In this document: one piece after another, positions 16,558-25,927 of the stretch
Position numbering within the stretch: position 1 is the stretch's first letter
Layout: each line of letters starts with the position of its first letter
DNA from: an uncultured bacterium
Lineage (GTDB): Bacteria; Bacteroidota; Bacteroidia; Bacteroidales; JACABE01
Assembly: GCA_903911455.1 (NCBI GenBank)
Contig: CAIWDQ010000383.1
Span: 1 to 56,022, forward strand
DNA length: 56,022 bases
Direction: 5' to 3'
Notes under the pieces: generated by a model
Databases searched by the model: none
What the model saw: the letters and a program-made list of their open reading frames with translations, nothing else
What the model was told of the DNA's origin: nothing
Made by a program: the position numbers and the translations under genes

Positions 16558-17757
16558 ATGGCTTATTTAAAAAACATATTATTCTTTTTCCTTCTATTCT
16601 ATGTATTAAACATACAAGGGCAGCATTATATTGGAAATAACCTGGTTCAGAATCCTTCATTTGAACAATATGACACCTGTCCAACTAGTACAGGACAACT
16701 TTATTTATCAAAACACTGGTGGGGACTTAGTACTGATTATTATAACGCTTGTGCATTACCTAATGGGATGTCTGTTCCTTTAAATTTTTGTGGATTTCAA
16801 TATGCTCATACAGGAGTTGCTTATGCAGGATTTATTAATTATTTCCATACACCATCTTTTCCAAATTTTGATACATATATGGAAGCAATTAAAAATGAAC
16901 TTAAAGACAGTCTAATTAAAAATAAACATTATTGTGTTAACTATTATATATCTTTAACAGAATATACATATAACTATTCCAGTCTTTTTAATAGTTATTT
17001 TATTTATGATTCGATTGGTGCAATGTTTTCTACAAATAGAGTACAAGATTCTATTTCAACAATTTTATGTGATTCATGTCCTAAATTTTCAAGAAGTATT
17101 GCAAATACTGATACTATTAATTGGCTTAAAATATCAGGTTACGTTATAGCTAAAGGAGGTGAAAAATATTTAACTATTGGTAAATTTAATATTATGGATT
17201 GGCAAAACTATAATAATTCTTATAGTCAATTTTATGTTTATATAGACGATGTTTCAGTTTGCGAATGCAGTTTTGAGTTCAGCTTGGGTAAAGATACTAC
17301 TTTATGTGAAGGCGAAACATTAATACTAAACCCTAATATACCTAATGCAATATATACATGGCAAGATAGTAGCCATGCAACTACTTATACTGTTACAAAA
17401 CCGGGTACTTATTGGGTAAGAGCATACTTTCCGGAGTATGACATTACAACCTCTTCTTCTATTAACATAACTTACGATGGGGACTGCCTAAAAATACCAA
17501 ACATCTTTACTCCTAATAATGATAATATAAATGATTACTTTGTAATACAAAACTCAGAAGGTTGGGATATAGATTTACAGGTTTATGATAGATGGGGTGT
17601 AATAGTTTACAAAGATACTAATTATAAAAATAATTGGGATGGTAAATGCAAAGGCAAAGATTTAGCAGATGGAACTTACTATTATATTATTAAAGCTACC
17701 AACCAGCTAAGTGGGTTTGAGAAACAATATCATGGGAGTGTGATGATATTGAGATAG
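16558..17757 (+). CDS. T9SS type B sorting domain (gliding-motility C-terminal domain) protein
   Basis: 399 aa. The N-terminal domain is paralogous to that of 12332.. (NLVQNPSFEQYDTCP..YAGF..YVYIDDVSV). C-terminus IPNIFTPNNDNINDYF..DRWG..DGTYYYI matches the type B / CHU_C sorting domain. Confidence 0.8.
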   Translation: MAYLKNILFFFLLFYVLNIQGQHYIGNNLVQNPSFEQYDTCPTSTGQLYLSKHWWGLSTDYYNACALPNGMSVPLNFCGFQYAHTGVAYAGFINYFHTPSFPNFDTYMEAIKNELKDSLIKNKHYCVNYYISLTEYTYNYSSLFNSYFIYDSIGAMFSTNRVQDSISTILCDSCPKFSRSIANTDTINWLKISGYVIAKGGEKYLTIGKFNIMDWQNYNNSYSQFYVYIDDVSVCECSFEFSLGKDTTLCEGETLILNPNIPNAIYTWQDSSHATTYTVTKPGTYWVRAYFPEYDITTSSSINITYDGDCLKIPNIFTPNNDNINDYFVIQNSEGWDIDLQVYDRWGVIVYKDTNYKNNWDGKCKGKDLADGTYYYIIKATNQLSGFEKQYHGSVMILR

Positions 17758-17791
17758 AGAGATAAAGACTGGGAGAATTAAGAATTAAAAA

Positions 17792-18477
17792 GTCGAGTGG
17801 GCAAGGGCATTTCAGCCCAAGCCCCTCACAGAACCGTACGTGAACCTCTCGATTCATACGGCTCTTCTAATAAGACAATACATTAAAATGCTCTTCCCTG
17901 TAACAGTTGGCAAAATGTATATCTTACTAGCTAAGCCCTTCGCTCCATCTCCATTACAGAAACTTCATCACTACTACGACTTAGTCCGCAACTGTGTACT
18001 GCATTGGTAGTATAAGTCTCACTGGTTCTCAGCTTGTACTTTTCCCTTTATCTGTCAGCGAATCCTTGGTCGGTAGCTTTAATGGCAGACTAACATCAGT
18101 ACACAATACTCTCCTGTTCCATATAAAAGCCCAAATAACGTTCATGCCTCCTTTACATCGGTTGCCGCATAACCAGTAAATCAGGTTTCCGTTATGCTCT
18201 TTAAGCCCTCTCTTAACTAGGACGTTTTGACAACAAGTACTTAATCACAACATGTCATCAGTGGTTCACTTGCGTTCATCACCGTTATTCATACCTGATG
18301 GATTATTCCACCTTTTCCTTGACCGTTCAATACCTTAACTTTTGGCTACAGCACCGCAAGGCGGTTTGCAATATCTGCCTGCACAGCTATTGCGAAGGCT
18401 CATCTCTTTTCAAAGACCCCTTCATCTTTTATACAGCATGTATAAAGAACTATTCGCTCTTTTCCTTCAGGACACAC
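17792..18477 (-). mobile_element. ORF-less group II intron (~686 nt)
   Basis: Minus strand: 5' GUGUG at 18477. Domain V at 17831-17864 reads GAGCCGUAUGAAUCGAGAGGUUCACGUACGGUUC. Domain VI has a bulged A (GAGGGGC..GCCC-A-CUC) and the 3' end is ..GAC at 17792. There is no minus-strand ORF of 60 aa or more inside. Confidence 0.75.
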
Positions 18478-18498
18478 TTAAGAATTAAGAAAAAAGAA

Positions 18499-18530
18499 AG
18501 AGCCATTATCAAACAAATAATAACGGCTCT
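18499..18530 (-). terminator. terminator-like hairpin just upstream of the intron insertion site
   Basis: Minus strand: AGAGCCGTTAT-loop-ATAATGGCTCT followed by TTCTTTTTTCTTAATTCTTAA and then the intron 5' end. Confidence 0.55.
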
Positions 18531-18547
18531 TTATATTAACCCCACCC

Positions 18548-18588
18548 CTGCCTAACGGCAGGCAGGTAACCTCCCCTAATAGGGGAGG
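18548..18588. repeat. two short GC-rich palindromes
   Basis: CTGCC-TAAC-GGCAG (18548-18561) and CCTCCCC-TAATA-GGGGAGG (18570-18588). Confidence 0.6.
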
Positions 18589-18652
18589 AATTTGAGTTAT
18601 AATATTATTAATTCTTAATTGTCTTTAAACTTTAGGCATTTCAAACTCCAAA

Positions 18653-18681
18653 CTTTAGGCACTATTGCCTATTGCCTAAAG
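18653..18681 (-). terminator. hairpin CTTTAGGCA..TGCCTAAAG downstream of the RND permease stop
   Basis: 9-bp stem. It overlaps the CTATTGC heptamer run (18661-18695) that abuts the stop codon. Confidence 0.45.
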
Positions 18682-18692
18682 CCTATTGCCTA

Positions 18693-21600
18693 TTATGCCT
18701 TTAGTAATGCGCGTGCTATCTTGTTTGATTTATTTCTTTTCAATCTTACCTTCATTGTATAAGCAATTAAATACATTGCAGGTACAAAGATTAAAGTTAA
18801 GAAGGTTGCAAAACTCAAACCAAAGATGATAGTCCATGCTAGTGCACCAAAGAAGGCAACATTATCACCACCAAAATGTATGTGTGGATTTAAATTTGTG
18901 AATAATGATATGAAATCAATATTTAAACCTACAGCTAAAGGTATCAAACCTAATATAGTTGCAGCAGCAGTTAATATTACAGGAGTAATCCTGGTTTTAC
19001 CTGCCTGTACAATGGCTTCTCTTGTTTTAAGACCTCTTTCTTTTAATACATCCGTAAATTCAACCAACAGAATACCATTACGAACCACAATACCTGCCAG
19101 TGCAACTACTCCCATACCAGTCATAATAAAGGAGAAAGTCATGTGGAAAGCAATAAATCCTAACAATACCCCAATGATACTAAAGAATACTTCGCTGAAG
19201 ATAATAATTGGTTTACTAATTGAATTGAACTGTGTGATAAGGATAAACATTACTAAGAACATAGCAAGCAACATCGCCTTTCCCATAAAAGCAGCAGTAT
19301 CTTTTTGATCGTCCTGTTCACCTGTAAAGGCAATGTCAACACCTTCGGGTTTGTTAAACTTAGGAAGATTGTTTTTAAGTTTTGTAACAATTTCGTTGGC
19401 ATTATACTCAGATAATACATTTGACGAAAGTGTAATTACCTTTTTTAGATTCTTACGTTTGATGCCACCATAAGTATTCTGATAACTTATCTTAGCAATT
19501 GAAGATAAAGGAATCTGACGCAACTGTCCTGAATTCATATCACGATAAGTTATCTTAAGATTCATAACTCTATCAATATTCTTACGCTGACTTTCTTCGT
19601 AACGTATCTGAATAGGATATTGGTCTTCGCCTTCTCTAAACTTAGAAGATTCTTTACCAAAGATTGCATATCTTATTTCCATACCAATCTGAGCTGTAGA
19701 AATGCCTTCGTGATTAGCTCTTTCTCTGTCGATATTAACAATAAGTTCAGGTTTGTTATTATCAAAATCTGATTTTAATTGTTCTATACCTTCCACTTTT
19801 AAAGAATCAATAAAATCTTTTAAACTAGTAGATGTTGATATTAACTTATCAAGATTATCACCACTTATTTCTATATTGATAGGCTTACCTGTAGGAGGGC
19901 CGTTTCTATTTTGGTCTACAGTAATTTCGGCACCCGAAATACCCTTAACAACATTTCTCATCTTATCAAGATAAGGCATAGTAGCTTCTCCATGACGCTT
20001 GGCAGTTTCAACGAAAGCAACCGTAACTTTACCGAGATGCGATGCTGAAGTTGTAGTATTAAATCTATCATCTGAAGCTCCTACAGCAACATTCGAAAGT
20101 ACAGATTCAACAATATCGTTTGAATCGCCGATAACTGTGTAAATTCTGTCTTCAACCATACGGGTAATCGAATCAGTAACTTTAATATCAGTACCAACAG
20201 GCATCTTAATATAAGCATAAATGTAGTTAGGATCGTTAGCAGGGAAAAGAACTGCCTTAGGTTTGGCAATATTCATTACAATCATAGTAAAGATAAACAA
20301 TGCAACTAAACCACCAAGAATATAATAAGGACGACGTTTAGCAACGAAGTATCTTAAGGCATTTTCGTATTTACGCATCATTGCTGGGATGAAATGATGT
20401 TGAAAATGTAATAATATATGTCTTCCCCATAACTGATGACCTACAAAAGATATAGCTATAAAGATTGCGAAGTTAGCAAATCCAGGTAAAGATAATAAGT
20501 GTAATAGGATACCTAGTCCAAGGAATATACCCCCGATAGTAAAGATTTTCTTTTTACTGAAATTGATTTCTTCGTCATCATGATGTTTCATGAAAGAAAC
20601 AGCAAACACAGGATTAAAGATATAAGCTACTATAAGAGAAGCAAACAATGTAATGATAAGCGTTACCGGAATAAAGTACATAAACTTACCGATAATACCC
20701 GGCCAAAAAGCAAGAGGGAAGAAAGGTGCAAGTGTGGTAAGAGTTCCAGAGAGTATGGGGACAAATACTTCGCCCGCCGCATACTTCGCCGACATCTTAA
20801 TATCAAGTATCCCCTTATTCTGATTAAATACCCTATGCGTATTCTCAATAACTACAATGGCATCATCAACAACAATTCCCAATGCAAATATGAAGGCAAA
20901 CATAACCAGCATATTCATCGTAAAACCAATTTCAGGCATCACAATATAAGCAAGCGCCATTGATAAAGGAACCGACAGTCCCACAAACAATGCATTCGTC
21001 AGTCCCATAAAGAACATGAGGATAATGGTTACAAGAATAAACCCAATAATAATAGTATTATTAAGATCAAACAATGTATTTCTTGTAAACACCGACTGAT
21101 CACCAGTAATAGTAAGTTTAAGTTTAGAAGGTAATTTGTCCTTCTTCATCTTTTCCATAGTAGCTTTTATCTTATCAGAAGCTTCTAATAAGTTTTCGCC
21201 ACTCTTCTTAATAATATTTAATGTGATAACATTCTTACGTTCCAGAGTTGCATAACTTTCTCTTTCTTTAAATCCATCTCTTATTTCAGCAATATCTTTA
21301 AGATAAACTAAAGCACCACTACCCGATTTAAGGATGATGTTTTTAAGAGTTTCCATTTCTTTAAACTCACCAACAACCCTAATACTTCTTTCAGTACCCT
21401 GCATCTTAATAGAACCACCTGAAATAGTAAGGTTCTCGGAAGCTATAGCACGATCAATATCACTAAGCGAAAGACTTGCAGCTTGCATCTTGTACATATC
21501 CAGATTTACCTGAATCTCTCTATCAAGAGCACCAACAATATCCACACGAGTAATTTCCTTAAGTCCTTCAATAGCATCTTTCATGTCGTCAGCATACTTC

Positions 21601-22085
21601 TTAAGTTTATCCAACTCATAATCGCCCGACATGTTAATATACATAATAGGTATTTCAGAGAAATCAATCTCCATTACAGAAGGTTCTTTTTGTAAGTCGG
21701 TAGGCAAATCATTCTTAGATTTATCTACAGCATCCTTCACCTTTTGTTTAGCAAACTGAACATCTACATCAGTATTAAACTCAACAACAATCATTGAGAA
21801 GTCTTGGATAGAATTACTGGTAACTTTCTTTACACCATTAATTGACTTAATATTCTTCTCAATAGGACGAGTAACAAGATTCTCCATATCTGCTGGAGAC
21901 GTTCCCGGATAAATGGTATTAACCATCATCGTTGGGATAACCAGTTCGGGGAATTGCTCTTTAGGTATGGTATTATAATTGATAATACCAAAGATAGAGA
22001 TGATAACCATAAGTACATAAATACTTGTTTTGTTATCAATAGCCCAACTGGTTCCGAAAAATTCTTTAAACTTTACGTTCTTCAT
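18693..22085 (-). CDS. efflux RND transporter permease subunit (AcrB/HAE-like)
   Basis: 1130 aa. 12-TM RND topology with two large periplasmic loops, plus an extra hydrophobic insert around residues 500-600. Confidence 0.9.
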   Translation of the reverse strand: MKNVKFKEFFGTSWAIDNKTSIYVLMVIISIFGIINYNTIPKEQFPELVIPTMMVNTIYPGTSPADMENLVTRPIEKNIKSINGVKKVTSNSIQDFSMIVVEFNTDVDVQFAKQKVKDAVDKSKNDLPTDLQKEPSVMEIDFSEIPIMYINMSGDYELDKLKKYADDMKDAIEGLKEITRVDIVGALDREIQVNLDMYKMQAASLSLSDIDRAIASENLTISGGSIKMQGTERSIRVVGEFKEMETLKNIILKSGSGALVYLKDIAEIRDGFKERESYATLERKNVITLNIIKKSGENLLEASDKIKATMEKMKKDKLPSKLKLTITGDQSVFTRNTLFDLNNTIIIGFILVTIILMFFMGLTNALFVGLSVPLSMALAYIVMPEIGFTMNMLVMFAFIFALGIVVDDAIVVIENTHRVFNQNKGILDIKMSAKYAAGEVFVPILSGTLTTLAPFFPLAFWPGIIGKFMYFIPVTLIITLFASLIVAYIFNPVFAVSFMKHHDDEEINFSKKKIFTIGGIFLGLGILLHLLSLPGFANFAIFIAISFVGHQLWGRHILLHFQHHFIPAMMRKYENALRYFVAKRRPYYILGGLVALFIFTMIVMNIAKPKAVLFPANDPNYIYAYIKMPVGTDIKVTDSITRMVEDRIYTVIGDSNDIVESVLSNVAVGASDDRFNTTTSASHLGKVTVAFVETAKRHGEATMPYLDKMRNVVKGISGAEITVDQNRNGPPTGKPINIEISGDNLDKLISTSTSLKDFIDSLKVEGIEQLKSDFDNNKPELIVNIDRERANHEGISTAQIGMEIRYAIFGKESSKFREGEDQYPIQIRYEESQRKNIDRVMNLKITYRDMNSGQLRQIPLSSIAKISYQNTYGGIKRKNLKKVITLSSNVLSEYNANEIVTKLKNNLPKFNKPEGVDIAFTGEQDDQKDTAAFMGKAMLLAMFLVMFILITQFNSISKPIIIFSEVFFSIIGVLLGFIAFHMTFSFIMTGMGVVALAGIVVRNGILLVEFTDVLKERGLKTREAIVQAGKTRITPVILTAAATILGLIPLAVGLNIDFISLFTNLNPHIHFGGDNVAFFGALAWTIIFGLSFATFLTLIFVPAMYLIAYTMKVRLKRNKSNKIARALLKA

Positions 22086-22109
22086 CTGTTAGATTATTTC
22101 CAGTTATAA

Positions 22110-23225
22110 TTATAGTTTAATTATTTGTCCGTCTTCCAGATTTTGGTAGCCTGTAACAATAACTTTGTCACCTGCTTTTAAACCTTCAATTACTTCGGCC
22201 AAACCATTATAATTCTGACCACTTTTAACAACTCTTTTCTTAGCTACCATATCCTTGCCATTCGTTTCCTGAACGTATACATATTCTCCCTTAGTGTCTT
22301 TTTGTATAACACTAACAGGAAGCACACAAGCATTTGCACTCTTATAATCATTTATCTTTACAACAGCTATCATATTAGCTCTGAACTCCATCTTACAGGG
22401 ACTTAATCTTGATTCAATAGTAAAAGTTCTGTTAGTTGGATTTATATATTTACTGGTAAAAGTTATGTTAGATTCAATTTCACTATTGAAATCCGGGAAA
22501 CGAACATAAACTTTATCACCTTTCTTAACTCTTGGGGAATAAGCTTCGGCAACATCGGCTGTAACTTTTACTATATTAAAGTTAACTAATCTGAATGCAG
22601 GAAGAACTCCGGGAGCTGCAAGCTGTCCTACTTTTACAAGCACTTCTTCAATACTTCCGTTAATAGGTGCAGTTATGCGAGTCATATCAATTTGTTCATT
22701 CAAAGTCTTCATTTTCTTTTCAAGTGCTTCTTTATTATTTTTAGCAGAAAGATATTGAACTTCGGAACCTATCTTTTTATCCCAAAGATTCTTTTGTTTA
22801 TTATACATTGTCGTAGCAAAAGATAATTGTGTCAGTAATTCATCTAATGACTGACGAAGTACTGCATCATCCATCTGTGCAAGCGTCTGGCCAACTTTAA
22901 CAACATCGCCTTCTCTAACAAAAACCTTTGTAATTGTACCTGCCATTCTAGGAGCTACTGCAACATTATCTTCACCATCAATCTTGCCTTGAACTTCTAT
23001 AAAATGATTAAACTCCTGAGTTTTTACTTCAGTAATACCAACTACAGGTATCTTCTGATCGTTAGTATCTCCTTTTTCTTTTGAAATCTCTAATTGAAGA
23101 GCAGTTATTTGTTCTGTGATTTTATCACGTTCGCCTTTTAGTTTGTCTAGTTGAGCTTTCTTGTCGCCACTTTTGCAGGCAACGATTGTTATTATAATAC
23201 TTATTATGATTATTAGCTTTTTCAT
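22110..23225 (-). CDS. efflux RND periplasmic adaptor subunit (lipoprotein)
   Basis: 371 aa. Lipobox ..IVAC, coiled-coil hairpin and beta-barrel domains typical of the HlyD/MFP family. Confidence 0.85.
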   Translation of the reverse strand: MKKLIIIISIIITIVACKSGDKKAQLDKLKGERDKITEQITALQLEISKEKGDTNDQKIPVVGITEVKTQEFNHFIEVQGKIDGEDNVAVAPRMAGTITKVFVREGDVVKVGQTLAQMDDAVLRQSLDELLTQLSFATTMYNKQKNLWDKKIGSEVQYLSAKNNKEALEKKMKTLNEQIDMTRITAPINGSIEEVLVKVGQLAAPGVLPAFRLVNFNIVKVTADVAEAYSPRVKKGDKVYVRFPDFNSEIESNITFTSKYINPTNRTFTIESRLSPCKMEFRANMIAVVKINDYKSANACVLPVSVIQKDTKGEYVYVQETNGKDMVAKKRVVKSGQNYNGLAEVIEGLKAGDKVIVTGYQNLEDGQIIKL

Positions 23226-23250
23226 GCTTTAATTTATTTAAATGTTTTTG

Positions 23251-24660
23251 TTATTTTAATAATTTTTCTAACTTAGAATATGATGATGACATCTCAATTA
23301 TTGAAGAATAATAGTTAGTCTGAGCTTGTAAGTATTGACTTTGCGCCTGAGCGAGTTCCAAGCTTGTTAAGATGCCTTCTTTATATTTAATTAAGGAACG
23401 TGAATAAATTTTATAAGCTAAGTCTCTAGCTTGTTTATTGGTTTGATATTTATTCATTGAAGTAATAAAAGATGAGCGAGCATCAGAGAATTGAGTTTGC
23501 AATCCCATTGACAATTGTTGTTTGCCATTCTTTATTTTCTCAACACTCAAATTAGCCTGGTTAATTCTGGAGAATTTCTGTCCACTACCAAATATAGGAA
23601 TATTAACACTTAATCCTAATACATTTGGAGGAGTAAATGAAAAAGAATTCTTATTAAAATTCTCCTGATGATTATAAAAGGCTGCAACATCCGGTAAAAA
23701 AGTAGATTTCTGGAGTTTTACATTAAGGATTGCCATCTTTTCCTGAACTTCTAACATGCGATAATCAACCTGATTGTTTAAATTTAGATTCTTCTGAACA
23801 AGTACTTCAGCATTTAGTTGTCCTATCAATTGATCTGTATTATCTTTAAGTTCTATTTGATCTTTAAGATCCATTCCCATCTGATACTTTAAAAGGTTCA
23901 ATGCAACTTCACATTGCCTGTCAATCATTTCTTTTGTGTTCTGAATATTAGTCAGCGTTAACTGCATCTGATCTACATCAGTTTCTTCCATCAAACCTTC
24001 CTTTTGAATCTCTTTTATTTCATTTAAAATCTTACTTGTGGTTAAATAGATACTATCTATTACCATTTTGTTTTCCTGAGCTATCACACAAATAAAATAA
24101 GCATTAGTAACTGCTTCCATCAAATCATTTTCTGATTTAGTGATAGCAACTTCGGATAATTGTTTAAAAGTTCGGGAAGCTTGCAAACCAACAAGGTAAG
24201 AACCGCTAAATAATAGCTGAGAAACGGTAATATCAAGAGTTAATCCCCACTTTTGATCTGCATCACTTACAGTTGTTGTAGGCCCAGGATTAGGAACCCT
24301 TCCAAAGTTTTGATTTGATGACGGGACTAAACCTTTTAAAGCCTGATCGGCATTATACATCCATAATCCTAAAGAATTCAAACTAGAGAATTCTTTAATC
24401 TTATCAGGCAAAGCCAACATATAAGATCCGGCTACTTTACCATTAATTTGTGGCAAACCAATCGAAGTAGTTTCCCAAATCTTTTGTTTTGCTGTTTCCA
24501 GATCAATAGTTGCGTTTTTAATAAGAGGACTGTTTTTCAGGGCATATTCTTGCGCCTGTTTTAGAGATAGCTGTGTTGAACTGTTCTTTTGAGCCTGCAA
24601 ACCTTGGGTTAACAGCACAAATAGTGACAGTAATAATGTTAATTTATTATTCATATTCAT
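23251..24660 (-). CDS. TolC-family outer membrane efflux protein
   Basis: 469 aa. Signal peptide ..GLQAQ and the two-fold repeated helical OEP pattern. Confidence 0.85.
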   Translation of the reverse strand: MNMNNKLTLLLSLFVLLTQGLQAQKNSSTQLSLKQAQEYALKNSPLIKNATIDLETAKQKIWETTSIGLPQINGKVAGSYMLALPDKIKEFSSLNSLGLWMYNADQALKGLVPSSNQNFGRVPNPGPTTTVSDADQKWGLTLDITVSQLLFSGSYLVGLQASRTFKQLSEVAITKSENDLMEAVTNAYFICVIAQENKMVIDSIYLTTSKILNEIKEIQKEGLMEETDVDQMQLTLTNIQNTKEMIDRQCEVALNLLKYQMGMDLKDQIELKDNTDQLIGQLNAEVLVQKNLNLNNQVDYRMLEVQEKMAILNVKLQKSTFLPDVAAFYNHQENFNKNSFSFTPPNVLGLSVNIPIFGSGQKFSRINQANLSVEKIKNGKQQLSMGLQTQFSDARSSFITSMNKYQTNKQARDLAYKIYSRSLIKYKEGILTSLELAQAQSQYLQAQTNYYSSIIEMSSSYSKLEKLLK

Positions 24661-24670
24661 AAACCTATGT

Positions 24671-25288
24671 TTAAATTAATGCTTCGTTCTTTATTTTATT
24701 CTCATAATATTTAATACCTTTTGCACTTGCAATTCCTCTGATATGATATGTAAAAAACTCATTAAAGTAATTTTCCTGTTCATATTCTTTTTGGTATGAT
24801 TTGCCTTCAAAGATTGCATCATCCATTCTCGAAACATATATCGAAGAAATTATATCTGCATTCATATCTGTACGATATAAGCCTTCACTTATTCCTTTTT
24901 CGATATTTAATTTAATATTCTCAAAAATATGTGCCCTTCGGTCGTCCACAAGTTCTTTCATCAACTCCGGATAGTATTTTTTGAGATCGTACATGATTAC
25001 CGGATTAATTTCTTTCAACATCTCTGTCAGATATTTACTCACCTCAAGTAATTTGTCGATGGCATTTAAGTTTTGAGATATAACATTGTTAAATTTTTCG
25101 TCTGTTTTACAATTATATTCTCCAATAACTTTTTTTACTAATTGAGCTTTATCACAAAAGAAATTGTACAAAGTCTTTTTAGAAATACCTAAATTTTGAG
25201 CAATATCATCCATTGATACACTCTTAATGCCGTATTTTTTAAATAATTCGCCGGCTTTTTCTACTATGTAAACTTCACGTTCTTCCAT
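24671..25288 (-). CDS. TetR/AcrR family transcriptional regulator
   Basis: 205 aa. N-terminal HTH (GIKSVSMDDIAQNLGISKKTLYNFF). First gene of the same-strand efflux cluster. Confidence 0.85.
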   Translation of the reverse strand: MEEREVYIVEKAGELFKKYGIKSVSMDDIAQNLGISKKTLYNFFCDKAQLVKKVIGEYNCKTDEKFNNVISQNLNAIDKLLEVSKYLTEMLKEINPVIMYDLKKYYPELMKELVDDRRAHIFENIKLNIEKGISEGLYRTDMNADIISSIYVSRMDDAIFEGKSYQKEYEQENYFNEFFTYHIRGIASAKGIKYYENKIKNEALI

Positions 25289-25292
25289 GCTG

Positions 25293-25300
25293 CAAAATTA
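25293..25300 (-). promoter_or_regulatory. -7 box TAATTTTG for the TetR-efflux operon
   Basis: TAnnTTTG match 4 nt before the ATG, implying a leaderless or near-leaderless transcript. Confidence 0.4.
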
Positions 25301-25548
25301 TAAAAAGATTTTGACATAAACACTATTTTTATAAAAAAGTTTCCAAAGTGTTAAAAGTTTCATCCGTTTCCTTTTTATTTTGATGCAAAATTAGAATGCT
25401 TTTTAAAAGTGGAATCTAATTAATCGGCAAATAGCAGAAATGTTTCGGTAAATGTATTTGTATGATAATTGGGTAAAATCGATTTTTTGTTAAAATCCCA
25501 CCAAAAAAAACCTTTTTATTAAAAGCCTCATAAAGAGCTTACCCGATC

Positions 25549-25767
25549 AAATCTGTTTTCCGGATTTGTATAAACAGCCCTGTTTAATGAAATCCGTAAA
25601 ACAGATTTGTATAATCAGCCCTGATTAATGGAATCTGAAAAATGCTTTTGATTGGGTAGGACTACCTGATGAAATTGGGAAAAAACTTTTGCCCGGGTAA
25701 GGCTACCTGATGAAAAGAATTTAGCAGATTTGTATAAACAAGACTTTTTATAAGATTTTTAATGACC
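25549..25767. repeat. 41-bp phased degenerate array C (~5 units)
   Basis: GATTTGTATAA starts at 25563, 25604 and 25727. CTACCTGATGAAA starts at 25662 and 25703. The near-palindrome AAATCTGTTTTCCGGATTT (25549-25567) has an inverted copy at 25590-25608. Confidence 0.7.
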
Positions 25768-25890
25768 TTAATCCATAAAGTTTCTGGATTAGATTTATAA
25801 TTTTAAGGAGTTAAAGATATATTAGATTTCTCTAATCTAATTCTAATCTAAATCTAACCTTGTTTTAATTTCTTTAGCTTTCACTATTGT

Positions 25891-25898
25891 TACTTTTG
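25891..25898 (+). promoter_or_regulatory. -7 box TACTTTTG for the czc-like operon
   Basis: TAnnTTTG match 29 nt upstream of the ATG at 25928. Confidence 0.5.
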
Positions 25899-25927
25899 TA
25901 GCGTAATTTAAAATTAATAATATTCTA

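Noticed and set aside
17994-18555. ORFs 17994-18179 (+) and 18298-18555 (+) as genes or as an intron-encoded protein
   Set aside because: They lie antisense to the group II intron RNA, show no reverse-transcriptase or maturase motifs, and have odd composition. They are most likely shadow ORFs.
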